A DNA stretch of 64,000 bases from Lysobacterales bacterium (GTDB lineage Bacteria > Pseudomonadota > Gammaproteobacteria > Xanthomonadales > SZUA-5): assembly GCA_022844165.1 (NCBI GenBank), contig JALHMH010000019.1:1-64000 (forward strand), in the 5' to 3' direction. The position numbers and the translations under genes are program-made. The notes beneath the pieces were generated by a model. That model made no database searches. It saw nothing but the letters and a program-made list of their open reading frames with translations, and had not been told where the DNA came from. Position 1 is the stretch's first letter, and each line of letters opens with the position of its first letter. Below are positions 32,130 through 42,128 of this stretch, in pieces.

Positions 32130-32771
32130 CTATTGGGATGAGGCCTGGCTCAATGCGTCAATTCGTGCACGCAACTGCGCGACTTCGTCTTCAAGTGCGC
32201 TGACGCGCGAAGCCAGGTCGTTCGTGGCAGGGTGATCGTCGCTGCGAACCGCACTCGCTGCTTTTTCTGCATAAGCCGCGCCGCACAGCAAATGCATGAA
32301 GCGCTCTTCGCGTTGCCCCGGTTGTTTGCCCAGGCGCAAGACCAGCGCCGGCGTTCGTCTGCCGAGGCGGTCCAGGGTGTCCTTGACTTGCTCGATATCG
32401 GTGAAGCGACCAATACGATCGCTACGCGCGAAGATCTCACCGGCAGTTTGCGCGCCGCGCAACACCAAAACGCACAATACGGCGCGTTGCGGCGGGGTGA
32501 TCTGGTAGACCTCGTCCATCCGATACTCGTATCGGTAGGCGCGCGATGCGTGTTGTACGCGAACCAGCTTTTTGTCCTCGAGCGTCCGCAATGCGTGGCC
32601 GACCTCGCCCAGCTCCAGGTCCATAATGGGTTCGCGACTGGTTTTCTGGTTGGCGCCAACCATGGCTGCATTTGCGGTCAGCGGGTATTGGTCAGGTGTT
32701 GTCGCCGCTTTTTCGATCAGTACACCGAGCACACGGGCTTCGGCTGGTGTGAGCAGCAGGTCTTCGGTCAT
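32130..32771 (-). CDS. YceH / DUF480 family protein
   Basis: EARVLGVLIEK..TTPDQYPLT.N, NQKTSREP, PGQREERFMHLL. Confidence 0.9.
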   Translation of the reverse strand: MTEDLLLTPAEARVLGVLIEKAATTPDQYPLTANAAMVGANQKTSREPIMDLELGEVGHALRTLEDKKLVRVQHASRAYRYEYRMDEVYQITPPQRAVLCVLVLRGAQTAGEIFARSDRIGRFTDIEQVKDTLDRLGRRTPALVLRLGKQPGQREERFMHLLCGAAYAEKAASAVRSDDHPATNDLASRVSALEDEVAQLRARIDALSQASSQ

Positions 32772-32995
32772 CGTGGAAAGGTCGCTTGAAATCGGATACT
32801 CAAGGTTAACCTATCGTGCCGTTCAGTGGTTGCTGATCAGCGATCGCGCACATGTGCAGGCTGTGGCGCGAACGGATCGGAAATGCGAAGCGCGGGGTTG
32901 AGGCCGAGACGCGGTCGAACGAAGCTGGCAATGCTCGGCGGTCTGAGGCGAAACCTCGCTAGTATCCGTGATCGGCCCAGCGACCGGCAGACTCC

Positions 32996-34510
32996 ATGAC
33001 CACGATCCGCCAAGACGACTTGATCCAGAGCATCGCCGACGCTCTGCAATACATCAGCTACTATCATCCAGAAGATTACATCAGCAATCTGGCGGCAGCT
33101 TACGAGCGCGAAGAGTCGCCGGCTGCGCGCGACGCAATTGCGCAGATACTGATCAACTCGCGAATGTGCGCCGAAGGCCATCGGCCGATCTGTCAGGACA
33201 CCGGCATCGTCACCGTGTTCCTGAAAGTCGGCATGGCCGTGCGTTGGGACGCAACCCTGTCGCTCGACGATATGGTCAATGAGGGTGTGCGTCGAGCTTA
33301 TAATCATCCAGACAATAAGCTGCGCGCGAGCGTTCTGGCCGATCCGGCTGGCAAGCGCAGCAATACCAAGGACAATACGCCGGCCGTGATCAACGTATCG
33401 CTGGTCCCTGGCAACACGGTGGACGTAACGGTCGCGGCCAAGGGCGGTGGATCAGAGGCCAAGAGCAAATTCGCGATGCTCAACCCTTCCGATTCGATCG
33501 TCGACTGGGTGTTGAAAACGGTGCCAACCATGGGCGCCGGATGGTGTCCACCTGGCATGCTCGGAATCGGCATTGGTGGAACTGCCGAGAAGGCGATGCT
33601 GCTGGCGAAAGAATCGCTGATGGAGCCAATCGACATTCAAGATCTCAAAGCGCGAGGTCCGGCCAACAGGGCGGAGGAACTTCGCCTGGAGCTATACGAC
33701 AAAGTCAATGCGCTTGGTATCGGTGCGCAGGGCCTGGGTGGGTTGACCACGGTGCTCGACATCAAAGTTAAGGACTATCCAACGCACGCTGCGAACTTGC
33801 CCGTGGCCATCATTCCCAATTGCGCTGCAACTCGGCACGCGCACTTTGTACTCGATGGCTCCGGGCCGGTGATGTTGGAGCCACCATCGCTCGATGCGTG
33901 GCCCAGGTTGACCTATGACACCAGCAAGGGTCGCCGCGTGAATCTTGACACGGTGACGCGTGAGGATGTGGCGAGTTTTCAGCCAGGTGAAGTGATTTTG
34001 CTTTCTGGGAAACTGCTGACTGGCCGCGATGCGGCTCACAAGCGGATGATTGACATGCTCAATCGCGATGAGCCGTTGCCGGTGGATTTCAACGGGCGAT
34101 TCATTTACTACGTCGGGCCGGTCGATCCGGTGCGCGACGAAGTGGTTGGGCCGGCGGGGCCAACAACCGCAACGCGCATGGACAAGTTCACGCGCACGCT
34201 TTTGGAAAAAACCGGATTGCTCGGAATGGTTGGCAAAGCCGAACGCGGGCCTGCGGCGATTGCCGCAATTGCTGAATTCGGCGCCGTGTATCTGATGGCC
34301 GTTGGCGGTGCGGCGTATCTGGTATCCAAGGCGATCAAAGGCGCGCGCGTTGTGGCATTCGAGGATCTTGGAATGGAAGCGATCTACGAGTTCGATGTAC
34401 GCGACATGCCAGTGACAGTTGCTGTGGACAGTCGTGGTATGTCGGTTCACGAAACTGGCCCGAAACTATGGCAGGCCCGGATCGGCAAAATCCCCGTGGT
34501 TGTGGCCTGA
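32996..34510 (+). CDS. Class I (Fe-S) fumarate hydratase
   Basis: [36 protein letters not shown]. Confidence 0.95.
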   Translation: MTTIRQDDLIQSIADALQYISYYHPEDYISNLAAAYEREESPAARDAIAQILINSRMCAEGHRPICQDTGIVTVFLKVGMAVRWDATLSLDDMVNEGVRRAYNHPDNKLRASVLADPAGKRSNTKDNTPAVINVSLVPGNTVDVTVAAKGGGSEAKSKFAMLNPSDSIVDWVLKTVPTMGAGWCPPGMLGIGIGGTAEKAMLLAKESLMEPIDIQDLKARGPANRAEELRLELYDKVNALGIGAQGLGGLTTVLDIKVKDYPTHAANLPVAIIPNCAATRHAHFVLDGSGPVMLEPPSLDAWPRLTYDTSKGRRVNLDTVTREDVASFQPGEVILLSGKLLTGRDAAHKRMIDMLNRDEPLPVDFNGRFIYYVGPVDPVRDEVVGPAGPTTATRMDKFTRTLLEKTGLLGMVGKAERGPAAIAAIAEFGAVYLMAVGGAAYLVSKAIKGARVVAFEDLGMEAIYEFDVRDMPVTVAVDSRGMSVHETGPKLWQARIGKIPVVVA

Positions 34511-34523
34511 GCCGCGCCGCGAT

Positions 34524-35060
34524 ATGCCTGGGACTCGATACCGTCCGCCCGGTTCGCCGTCCACGGCAATTATTACGCCTGAGGGACAGCGCGCCCTGAA
34601 GGTCGAACTCGACGAACTCTGGCGAGTGAGACGCCCTGAGGTCGTTATCGCATTGGCTGCGGCTGCCGCAGAGGGTGATCGTTCAGAGAACGCGGAGTAC
34701 ACCTACCGCAAGCGGCAACTGGGTGAAATCGATCGGCGCGTGCGGTATCTGACGAGGCGCCTCGAATCGCTGCGGGTCGTGAGTGACCCACCCAGCGACA
34801 TCCGTCGCGTCTATTTTGGCGCCTTTGTCGAAATCGAATATGTCGATACCGGCGATATCAGCCGGTTGCGTATTGTGGGTCCCGATGAGACCAGTGCTGC
34901 CAAAGGCTGGATCAGTGTCGATGCCCCATTGGCGCGGGCGCTCCTGAAGCGCGGCGTGGATGATGAGATCGAAGTTGAATTGCCCGCAGGCTTACGCCGT
35001 GTGTGCGTGTTGAGCGTTCGGTATGATCGCGCGCCGGACGTTCTGATCGACAAGGATTGA
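34524..35060 (+). CDS. greB: Transcription elongation factor GreB
   Basis: [32 protein letters not shown]. Confidence 0.92.
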   Translation: MPGTRYRPPGSPSTAIITPEGQRALKVELDELWRVRRPEVVIALAAAAAEGDRSENAEYTYRKRQLGEIDRRVRYLTRRLESLRVVSDPPSDIRRVYFGAFVEIEYVDTGDISRLRIVGPDETSAAKGWISVDAPLARALLKRGVDDEIEVELPAGLRRVCVLSVRYDRAPDVLIDKD

Positions 35061-35061
35061 T

Positions 35062-35709
35062 GTGTTCGAAATATTAAAGACCGGCGGGTTCATCATGATC
35101 CCGCTGGTGCTGGCATCGGTATTGATGATCGGCATCATTCTGGAGCGCTTCTGGAGCTTGCGCGTATCGAGTGTGCTGCCGCCGAAGCTCGGCGCAGAAG
35201 TACGCCAATGGGCGCGAACCGCAAAAATCGAGAAAGAACATCTCGACAAACTGCGCGATAACTCGCCGTTGGGCGCCGTGCTGGCCACGGTGGTCGCTAA
35301 CCGTCAGCGCTCCCGCGACATCATCAGCGACAAGGCACAAGCCACCGGGCGACAAGTGGTGCATCGGTTGTCGCGATATCTGAACACATTGGGCACCATC
35401 GCCATCATCTCGCCGCTGCTGGGGTTGCTCGGTACAGTGAGCGGCTTGATTCGCATGTTTCTGGTGATCACCACCGCTGGTATCGGAGATGCGAACGCAC
35501 TCGCGGGCGGTATCGGCGAAGCGCTGGTTGCAACGGCAGCGGGGCTTTGTGTTGCCTGCGTTGGTTACTTTTTCCATCGCTACTTTAAGGGCCATGTGCA
35601 GAATTTGGCGATGGCGCTCGAAGGCGAAGCAACGATGCTTATGGATAGCCTGGAAACAGCCGAGCCTACGCCGGTCGCGGCGCCGGCGCCACAGCGGGGC
35701 GCTCGATGA
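35062..35709 (+). CDS. MotA/TolQ/ExbB proton channel protein
   Basis: PLLGLLGTVSG, GIGEALVATAAGL. Confidence 0.9.
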   Translation: MFEILKTGGFIMIPLVLASVLMIGIILERFWSLRVSSVLPPKLGAEVRQWARTAKIEKEHLDKLRDNSPLGAVLATVVANRQRSRDIISDKAQATGRQVVHRLSRYLNTLGTIAIISPLLGLLGTVSGLIRMFLVITTAGIGDANALAGGIGEALVATAAGLCVACVGYFFHRYFKGHVQNLAMALEGEATMLMDSLETAEPTPVAAPAPQRGAR

Positions 35710-36125
35710 AGTTCACCAGCGACGACAATGACGACATCGAGATCAACATGATTCCGTTGATCGACGTCATCCTCGTGCTGCTGATTTTTTTTATGGCCAC
35801 AGCGACATTCGACCAGAACTCGCGAATCAAAGTTGAGCTGCCTGAGGCCTCGTCGGAGCTGAAAAGCGATCAGGCGCAACCGTTGATGATCCAGATCGAC
35901 GCTGAGGGTCGTTATTTCGTCAATAACAACGAAGTTCTGAATCCGAAAATTGAAACGCTGAAGGCGGCGATTGCACAAGTTGGCGCTGATCCGGCAGACA
36001 AACCTGTCGTTCTGCGCGCGGATGCGCGGGCCGAACATCAGGCTGTTGTGACGGCAATGGACGCGCTGGCGCAACTGGGTTTTCGCAATCTGTCGATCGC
36101 AACTGTGCGTGGTTCGGGAGAATGA
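35706..36125 (+). CDS. ExbD/TolR family protein
   Basis: INMIPLIDVILVLLIFFM, LRADA. ATGA overlap with the upstream gene. Confidence 0.9.
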   Translation: MKFTSDDNDDIEINMIPLIDVILVLLIFFMATATFDQNSRIKVELPEASSELKSDQAQPLMIQIDAEGRYFVNNNEVLNPKIETLKAAIAQVGADPADKPVVLRADARAEHQAVVTAMDALAQLGFRNLSIATVRGSGE

Positions 36126-36225
36126 TCCCGGGAGACATCGCGGTCGCGAAAGAAGTGTGCCTTGGTAGCAATCCGCTGATCAGATCGGCGATATTAGTCG
36201 CGCCCTTCTATTCGTCTGTCATGCC

Positions 36226-36513
36226 ATGGCTCGTTGGATCGCACTCGGATTTACGCTTCTCTGCTTCGCCTCGTGCAGCTTTATGAGCACCAATCCTTTG
36301 CGTGGCATCGTAGCGCCGCTGGGCGTTGCCGTAGGCTCGTTCGTCACGCTGTTTTTGTTTTTGCAAACGCGCGTCGAGGGTATTGCCCGGTCTGGCAACG
36401 ATCTGTACTTGACGGAAATCGCCAGGCGTGCGGCGGCGCAGAAGAACCAGCAGCAGGCTGCTGAGCGTTTGGATGGCCCACCAACGGATGCTGATTCGAA
36501 ACAAGCGCCATGA
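36226..36513 (+). CDS. Small two-TM hypothetical protein
   Basis: Two hydrophobic segments. ATGA overlap with the next gene. Confidence 0.55.
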   Translation: MARWIALGFTLLCFASCSFMSTNPLRGIVAPLGVAVGSFVTLFLFLQTRVEGIARSGNDLYLTEIARRAAAQKNQQQAAERLDGPPTDADSKQAP

Positions 36514-37697
36514 GCGGCTGGCGCTCGCCGTTTGCGAAGGCGGTGCTGGGAGTCCTGGGTCTGGGGGTGATGGCGCTTGCTTTTTTCGGCTTCCGGCCGG
36601 ATCGCGTTCGAGTTGAAACAGCAGTCGCGGAGCATCGAGCGCTGACCGAGGCATTGCGCGAAGAAGGGCGACTGCGTGTTCGGCAACGCCATACGATCGC
36701 GGCACCATTGGCGGGATATATCGGCAGGGTCGAATTGCGCCCGGGCGATCGGGTTTCGGCCGGGCAAATCGTGGCGAGCATCAGCGCTGGTGCCGGTGCA
36801 CTGCTCGACCCAGCGACAGCGGGTCGCCTGCAAGCCGATTTGGCAGCGGCGCGTGCCAATATGTCGTCCGCACGCGCGCGCGTCAGTGGTGCCCGGGCTG
36901 CAGCGGAGTTGGCGGGCGCGGAGTGGCGCCGCATTGAGCCCCTGCTTGCGCGAGGCGCGCTGGCAGCGATGGATGGCGATCGAGCGCGGGTTGCCGCAAA
37001 TCGTGCCAGCGACGACTACGACGCCGCTCGTTTTGCACACGAACTGGCGCAGGCACAGGTTGCATCGATCCAAGCAGTTCTGGACCGGCAGGGCGATCGA
37101 GGAGAACAGCCGATCGATGTGACAGCGCCGGTTGCCGGCGTGGTTTTACATCGTTGGCGCGAGAGTCAGGGGCCAGTCCAGTCCGGAGAGCGCCTGATCG
37201 ATATCGGCGATCCAGGGTCGTTGGAACTGGAAGTCGATTTGTTGTCTGCGGATGCTGTTCGGGTCAGTGAAGGAATGGTTGTGCGCTTACATCGCTGGGG
37301 AGGCGAGCCCTATTTGCAGGCCAGAGTGCGTCGAGTGGAGCCGGTGGCGTTTACCAAGGTTTCGGCCTTGGGTGTGGAAGAGCAGCGCGTCTGGGTCTGG
37401 TCCGACTTGACGTCGCCCGCCGAACAGCTACGCGTTGGCGATGGATATCGTGTCGAAGCAGAGTTCGTTCTTAGTGAGGCCGATGCTTTGGTGGTGCCTG
37501 ATGCTGCTCTGTTCCGCAGTGAAATCGGCTGGGCAGTGTTCGTCGTTGACGAAGGCGTTGCGAAGCTGCGTGCCGTGCGTGTTGGAAGATCGAGCGGCAT
37601 CGACACCGAAATCATAGACGGTCTGCGCCCTGGCGAATCCGTCATTGTGCATCCGGATGACCGCGTCGAAGACGGCAGTCGCGTCGACGCCGCATAG
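36510..37697 (+). CDS. Efflux periplasmic adaptor (HlyD/RND MFP family)
   Basis: IAAPLAG, VTAPVAG, VEPVAFTKVSALGVEEQRV, GLRPGESVIVHP. Confidence 0.88.
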   Translation: MSGWRSPFAKAVLGVLGLGVMALAFFGFRPDRVRVETAVAEHRALTEALREEGRLRVRQRHTIAAPLAGYIGRVELRPGDRVSAGQIVASISAGAGALLDPATAGRLQADLAAARANMSSARARVSGARAAAELAGAEWRRIEPLLARGALAAMDGDRARVAANRASDDYDAARFAHELAQAQVASIQAVLDRQGDRGEQPIDVTAPVAGVVLHRWRESQGPVQSGERLIDIGDPGSLELEVDLLSADAVRVSEGMVVRLHRWGGEPYLQARVRRVEPVAFTKVSALGVEEQRVWVWSDLTSPAEQLRVGDGYRVEAEFVLSEADALVVPDAALFRSEIGWAVFVVDEGVAKLRAVRVGRSSGIDTEIIDGLRPGESVIVHPDDRVEDGSRVDAA

Positions 37698-37783
37698 TAG
37701 CAATGCGATCATCGGCCGAACCCTCGCGGTTTGTGCTGTAAACGCGTAAAGTTTAAGGCTCTTTCCCCTCGACGGTGATTGTT

Positions 37784-38440
37784 ATGGCTGCTGCCAAGAA
37801 GCCGGCAAAACCGGCCCCCAAGCCATCTCGAGCCAAACCTGCCCCGGTACGCCGCGCGACCGTACCGAAGCCAATTCCTGCCAAGTTGTCAGTCCGGAGT
37901 GCACCGATGAGCGAAGCCCCTCAAGACCGTAACGTCGATCAGATCCGCGACATTTTGTTCGGTGGTCAAATGCGCGACTACGAGCGGCGTTTTGTCGAAC
38001 TGGCGCAACGATTGGAAGAGGAAAATCAGCGATTGCGTCAAGACATGGACAAGCGACTTTCGATGCTCGACAAACGCCTTGAAGCCGAGTTCGACAAGCT
38101 CGGTAAGGCCTTGAAGCAGGAGACTGCCGATCGAACCCAAGGTGTCGACGATCTTGAATCGCGGACCTTACAAGCGCAAAGAACAATGCGATCTGAGTTG
38201 CAGGGCGCTGTGAAGTCGCTGGAGAGCGATCTTTGTGCACGCGAAGCACGGATACGCGAGGAACTGGCGGAACTCAATCAGCAGTTGGCGGATCGCGCTG
38301 TCGAACTGCGCGCTGCGCAGAGCAAGTCCGATCAAGATTTGCGTGCGGACAAAGTCGGTCGGGGTGATCTGGCTGCCCTGCTCACCGAGGTCGCGTTGCG
38401 CCTGAAGGGTGAATTTGAGTTGCCCTTGCCGCGCAAGTAA
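37784..38440 (+). CDS. Coiled-coil protein (alternative start 37907)
   Basis: VDQIRDILFGGQMRDYERRF followed by long heptad repeats. First gene of the GTPase operon. Confidence 0.75.
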   Translation: MAAAKKPAKPAPKPSRAKPAPVRRATVPKPIPAKLSVRSAPMSEAPQDRNVDQIRDILFGGQMRDYERRFVELAQRLEEENQRLRQDMDKRLSMLDKRLEAEFDKLGKALKQETADRTQGVDDLESRTLQAQRTMRSELQGAVKSLESDLCAREARIREELAELNQQLADRAVELRAAQSKSDQDLRADKVGRGDLAALLTEVALRLKGEFELPLPRK

Positions 38441-40090
38441 GTGAGCGCGTATCGGCAACTGCGTGATCTGCTGCTCGGCGAAGAGCAGCGCGAACTGCAG
38501 CGCCAACAAGCGCAGATCGCCGCATTGCGCGCGACGCAGGATAATCTCGCATCGCAATTGCCGGCTTTGATCGAAACCGCGCAGAGTGGTCCACAAAAGG
38601 CAGCCTTGCAGCGTGCGCTGAGCCCGGCTGTCGCGGCAGCGTTGGACGACAGTGTACGCCGGGCCCCACAGAGCATCGTCGATGCGTTGTTCCCGATCAT
38701 TGGTCCGGCGATCCGCAAGGCGATTGCCGAAGCACTCAGGAGTTTTGTGGTCGATCTCAATCGAGCCATGGAAATGAGTTTCACACCGCGTGGGCTCAAG
38801 TGGCGGATCGAATCCTGGCGAACGGGTGTTCCCTTTGCGCAGGTCGTCATGCGGCGTACGTTGAACTACAGCATCGACCACCTGTTTCTGATCGAGCAAG
38901 ACGGAGGGATCTTGCTCTATCGCTATTCGGCACCAGAATTGGCCGATCTGGACGCCGATGCGATCGCCGGGATGTTGACGGCCATCGGGGATTTTGTTCG
39001 TGATTCTGTGCAGTCCGATCACCGCGACTCATTGGGTTCTGCGACGATTGGTGAGCACGTGCTGATCGTGAAAGAAGGGCCACGCGCAAACCTCGCGGCG
39101 TTCGTGCGCGGCGTGCCGCCACAAGCGCTGCTCGATCGGCTCGCGCAGAAACTGGAAGATCTGCACCGTGCACACGGTGCGGCGAGTAGCGCTGGCGCTC
39201 CATTCGATTGGCAGATTGAAGCTGCGCGCCAGCTCGATGTTACGGCCGCCTTGTCAGCCAGCGCGGAAACTGCGCGCTCGCCTCTGCCGCGCTGGCCATT
39301 TTTCGTTTTGTTTCTGCTGCTGGCGGCAGGTGTTGCGGCACTTGCCTGGTCAACTTTGCGGGAGCAAGAAGACCGTAGGCGTATCGAAGCGCTGGTCGGC
39401 CTGGAACCTGGTTGGCAAATGTTGTCACTAAGGCGCGACGATGGCTGGCGGCTCAGGTTGTTGCGCGATCCAGACTCACGCTCGACCAGCGACCTGGAGC
39501 AGCGCACAGGTGCAGAGGTCAAAGTGGAGGAAAGCCCTTTTTTGAGCCTGGACGACGTGTCGGTCGCCACGCGCGCAAAACGCGCCTTAGCCCTGCCTGA
39601 GGATGTCCATTTGGCAGTCGTCGACGGTACGATGACTTTGTCCGGTCGCGTCGAGAACGCGTGGGCCGAACGCTATTTGCCGTTGGCGGCGACGCTGGCT
39701 GGCGTGCGACGGGTTGTAAATGAGCTTCAGATTGAGCTCTCCGATTTTGAGAAGCTCATGCAACTCAAACGGCAATTGGAACGGGGCGGATTAAGTTTCC
39801 CAAGGGGAGGGGTCGAGGTCGACGCCAATACCCGCGCAAAATTGAGCGCCGATGTTGCTGAGCTGCTGAGGCTGGCGGCGAAGCTGGACATCGCGCTGAC
39901 TGCGACGGTCGCAGGTCGCAGCGACGAAGGTGGAAGTGTGGCGCGCAACCTCAGGCTGCGTGCCGAGCGCGCCAAAATACTGCATGATCTCCTCGTCGAG
40001 TCAGGGATGTCCGCTGATCGTATTCTGTACAACGCTGACGATCCGCGGCCGGCGGCTCCGTTTGCCAATATGCGATGGGAGATTCAGTGA
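38441..40090 (+). CDS. Membrane protein: cytoplasmic domain, TM, BON-like and OmpA-like domains
   Basis: LFPIIGPAIRKAI, DADAIAGMLTAI, TM WPFFVLFLLLAAG, OmpA-like GRSDEGG...NLRLRAERA. Confidence 0.8.
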   Translation: MSAYRQLRDLLLGEEQRELQRQQAQIAALRATQDNLASQLPALIETAQSGPQKAALQRALSPAVAAALDDSVRRAPQSIVDALFPIIGPAIRKAIAEALRSFVVDLNRAMEMSFTPRGLKWRIESWRTGVPFAQVVMRRTLNYSIDHLFLIEQDGGILLYRYSAPELADLDADAIAGMLTAIGDFVRDSVQSDHRDSLGSATIGEHVLIVKEGPRANLAAFVRGVPPQALLDRLAQKLEDLHRAHGAASSAGAPFDWQIEAARQLDVTAALSASAETARSPLPRWPFFVLFLLLAAGVAALAWSTLREQEDRRRIEALVGLEPGWQMLSLRRDDGWRLRLLRDPDSRSTSDLEQRTGAEVKVEESPFLSLDDVSVATRAKRALALPEDVHLAVVDGTMTLSGRVENAWAERYLPLAATLAGVRRVVNELQIELSDFEKLMQLKRQLERGGLSFPRGGVEVDANTRAKLSADVAELLRLAAKLDIALTATVAGRSDEGGSVARNLRLRAERAKILHDLLVESGMSADRILYNADDPRPAAPFANMRWEIQ

Positions 40091-40590
40091 GCGAACTGGC
40101 GAGGAAAATTTGCCTGATGGGCGACTTTGGTGTCGGCAAGTCCAGCCTTGTCGCTCGCTTCGTGCGCAATACGTTCTCCGAAAAGTACCTGACAACCGTC
40201 GGCGTGAAGGTCGATAGCAAAGAAGTGACCGTCGATCGTCGAAACGTCAAGCTGGTGGTTTGGGATCTGGCGGGAAAAGCGGAACTCGATAGTTTGAACA
40301 AGTCTTATATCCGCGGCGCGCACGGCTTGATGCTGGTGGTCGATGGCACACGCGAGGCGTCGCTCCGTGCTGCGCTGTACCTATGGATGCAATCGCAGAA
40401 GCAACTGGCGCAGGTACCTGTCGTCATGCTGATCAACAAACTCGACCTGATCGACAAGTGGGAAGTTTCGTCAGCAGATATCGTGCGGCTGTCCGAGAGT
40501 GTGCCGACTTTTCGTACCAGCGCGTTGTCGGGCGAAGGCGTCGAGGCGGCGTTCGCCGCACTCGCCAAGCGCCTGGTGGAGTCGGTATGA
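40087..40590 (+). CDS. Small Ras/Rab-like GTPase
   Basis: G1 GDFGVGKSS, G2 YLTT, G3 WDLAG, G4 NKLD, G5 TSAL. Confidence 0.92.
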   Translation: MSELARKICLMGDFGVGKSSLVARFVRNTFSEKYLTTVGVKVDSKEVTVDRRNVKLVVWDLAGKAELDSLNKSYIRGAHGLMLVVDGTREASLRAALYLWMQSQKQLAQVPVVMLINKLDLIDKWEVSSADIVRLSESVPTFRTSALSGEGVEAAFAALAKRLVESV

Positions 40591-42128
40591 GCAAGCGTGC
40601 TGAGTTGGCACAGACGGCGCTGATGCGCTTTTTGACGGAACGGGCAAAACCCGTGATCCTGACGGTTTATCGGCAGCGCCAGGTGATTGAGGTCGAAGGC
40701 GACCCGGCGGTGTATGGTTTTCGAAATGGCGATTTCAGCGCGGTTCTGGAATTGGTCCGAAACTTGCTGGTTGGTGGCGATGCCAGCCGGCCGTCGGTTT
40801 GGCCGTTGGTTGATATTGGCAACAGACGGCATACGGGAATTTTGTGGGTGCCGGATACGCCCAACGACTTCATCATCATCACCGATGCCGAACTGTGCGG
40901 TGAGGAATTGAGCGAGCGTCAGCAGGCGGCAAATGAACTCGCGTTGGTCAACATCGAAAAGTCGAAGACGATTCGCGAATTGAAACTCGTGCGCGACGAG
41001 TTGCAGGCAAAAACAACAGCACTGACTGAAACACATCGCTTTCAGCGCCGGCTGGTCGACACGCTATCACACGATCTGCGGACGCCCCTTACATCGATCA
41101 GCGGTTACGCCGCGCTGCTGGAGCCGCACCTGGCCGAGAATCCGGTCACCATGCGCGCACTGAACGCAATCCAGCGAAACGCGACATATCTCAAGACGCT
41201 GGCCGAGAACTTGCTGCATCTGGCGGCCGCCGACAACAACAATGCACCGTTGCAATCCCATCCGTTCGCGCTCGATCAATTGGCCGACGACATCGAGTCG
41301 ATCATGCGACCAATGGCCGACAGCAAGCGCCTGCGTCTAAGCGTCGATTGGCAGTCCACCGCTCAGAAAATGCCGGTCTTCGACGATCTGCGCTTACGCC
41401 AGATTCTGCTGAATCTGGTGTCGAATGCTGTGCGTTACACGCGCGAGGGCAGGGTCGATGTGGAACTGATGTACGACGGTGAACAGTTGATTGCGCGGGT
41501 TACAGACACCGGGATTGGTATCGCGCCTGAGTTCCACGACAGTATTTTTGAGCCACTCAATCGGGGTGCCCAACAGGGTTGCGAAGGGGCCGGTCTGGGG
41601 CTCTCGATCGTGCGGCAATTGGTCGAAAAAATGGGTGGCAAGATCACTTTCCAATCGGCCGTTGGTATTGGTACGCGTTTTCAGGTGCTCGTTCCTGAGC
41701 AAACGCCAAGCGAAAACGTACCGCCTGTCACCGATCGCGCCGAGCCGCCTTTGCGTATCCGCAGTGAACGCGTCGTCATTGTCGATGACGACCCGGATGT
41801 TGCGGAGATGCTGGTCTGGTCGCTGCACGAGGTTGGTTTTGTGCCCCGACTGATGCACGATCCAGACGCCGTTTACCAACACGTCGCCGAGCAGCCGCCG
41901 GGCCTGATGATCATCGATGTTGATCTGGGTATGCGCTCGGGCCTGGCAGTCACTCAGGAACTGCGCCTGCGAGGTTACACAGGCTCGATCATTGTTTTTT
42001 CCGGCGCCAACAACACCAATACGCGGCAGGCAGCAAAAGCGGCTGGCGCAGACGCGTTTCTTGCCAAGCCGCTGGATATGCCCAAGTTTCTCTCCTGGAT
42101 GAAACGGCTCTTGCCGTCGTCGGATTAG
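40587..42128 (+). CDS. Soluble hybrid sensor histidine kinase / receiver protein
   Basis: SHDLRTPL, NLVSNAVRYT, DTGIGI, GAGLGL. Receiver VIVDDD..IIDVDL..AKP. Confidence 0.92.
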   Translation: MSKRAELAQTALMRFLTERAKPVILTVYRQRQVIEVEGDPAVYGFRNGDFSAVLELVRNLLVGGDASRPSVWPLVDIGNRRHTGILWVPDTPNDFIIITDAELCGEELSERQQAANELALVNIEKSKTIRELKLVRDELQAKTTALTETHRFQRRLVDTLSHDLRTPLTSISGYAALLEPHLAENPVTMRALNAIQRNATYLKTLAENLLHLAAADNNNAPLQSHPFALDQLADDIESIMRPMADSKRLRLSVDWQSTAQKMPVFDDLRLRQILLNLVSNAVRYTREGRVDVELMYDGEQLIARVTDTGIGIAPEFHDSIFEPLNRGAQQGCEGAGLGLSIVRQLVEKMGGKITFQSAVGIGTRFQVLVPEQTPSENVPPVTDRAEPPLRIRSERVVIVDDDPDVAEMLVWSLHEVGFVPRLMHDPDAVYQHVAEQPPGLMIIDVDLGMRSGLAVTQELRLRGYTGSIIVFSGANNTNTRQAAKAAGADAFLAKPLDMPKFLSWMKRLLPSSD

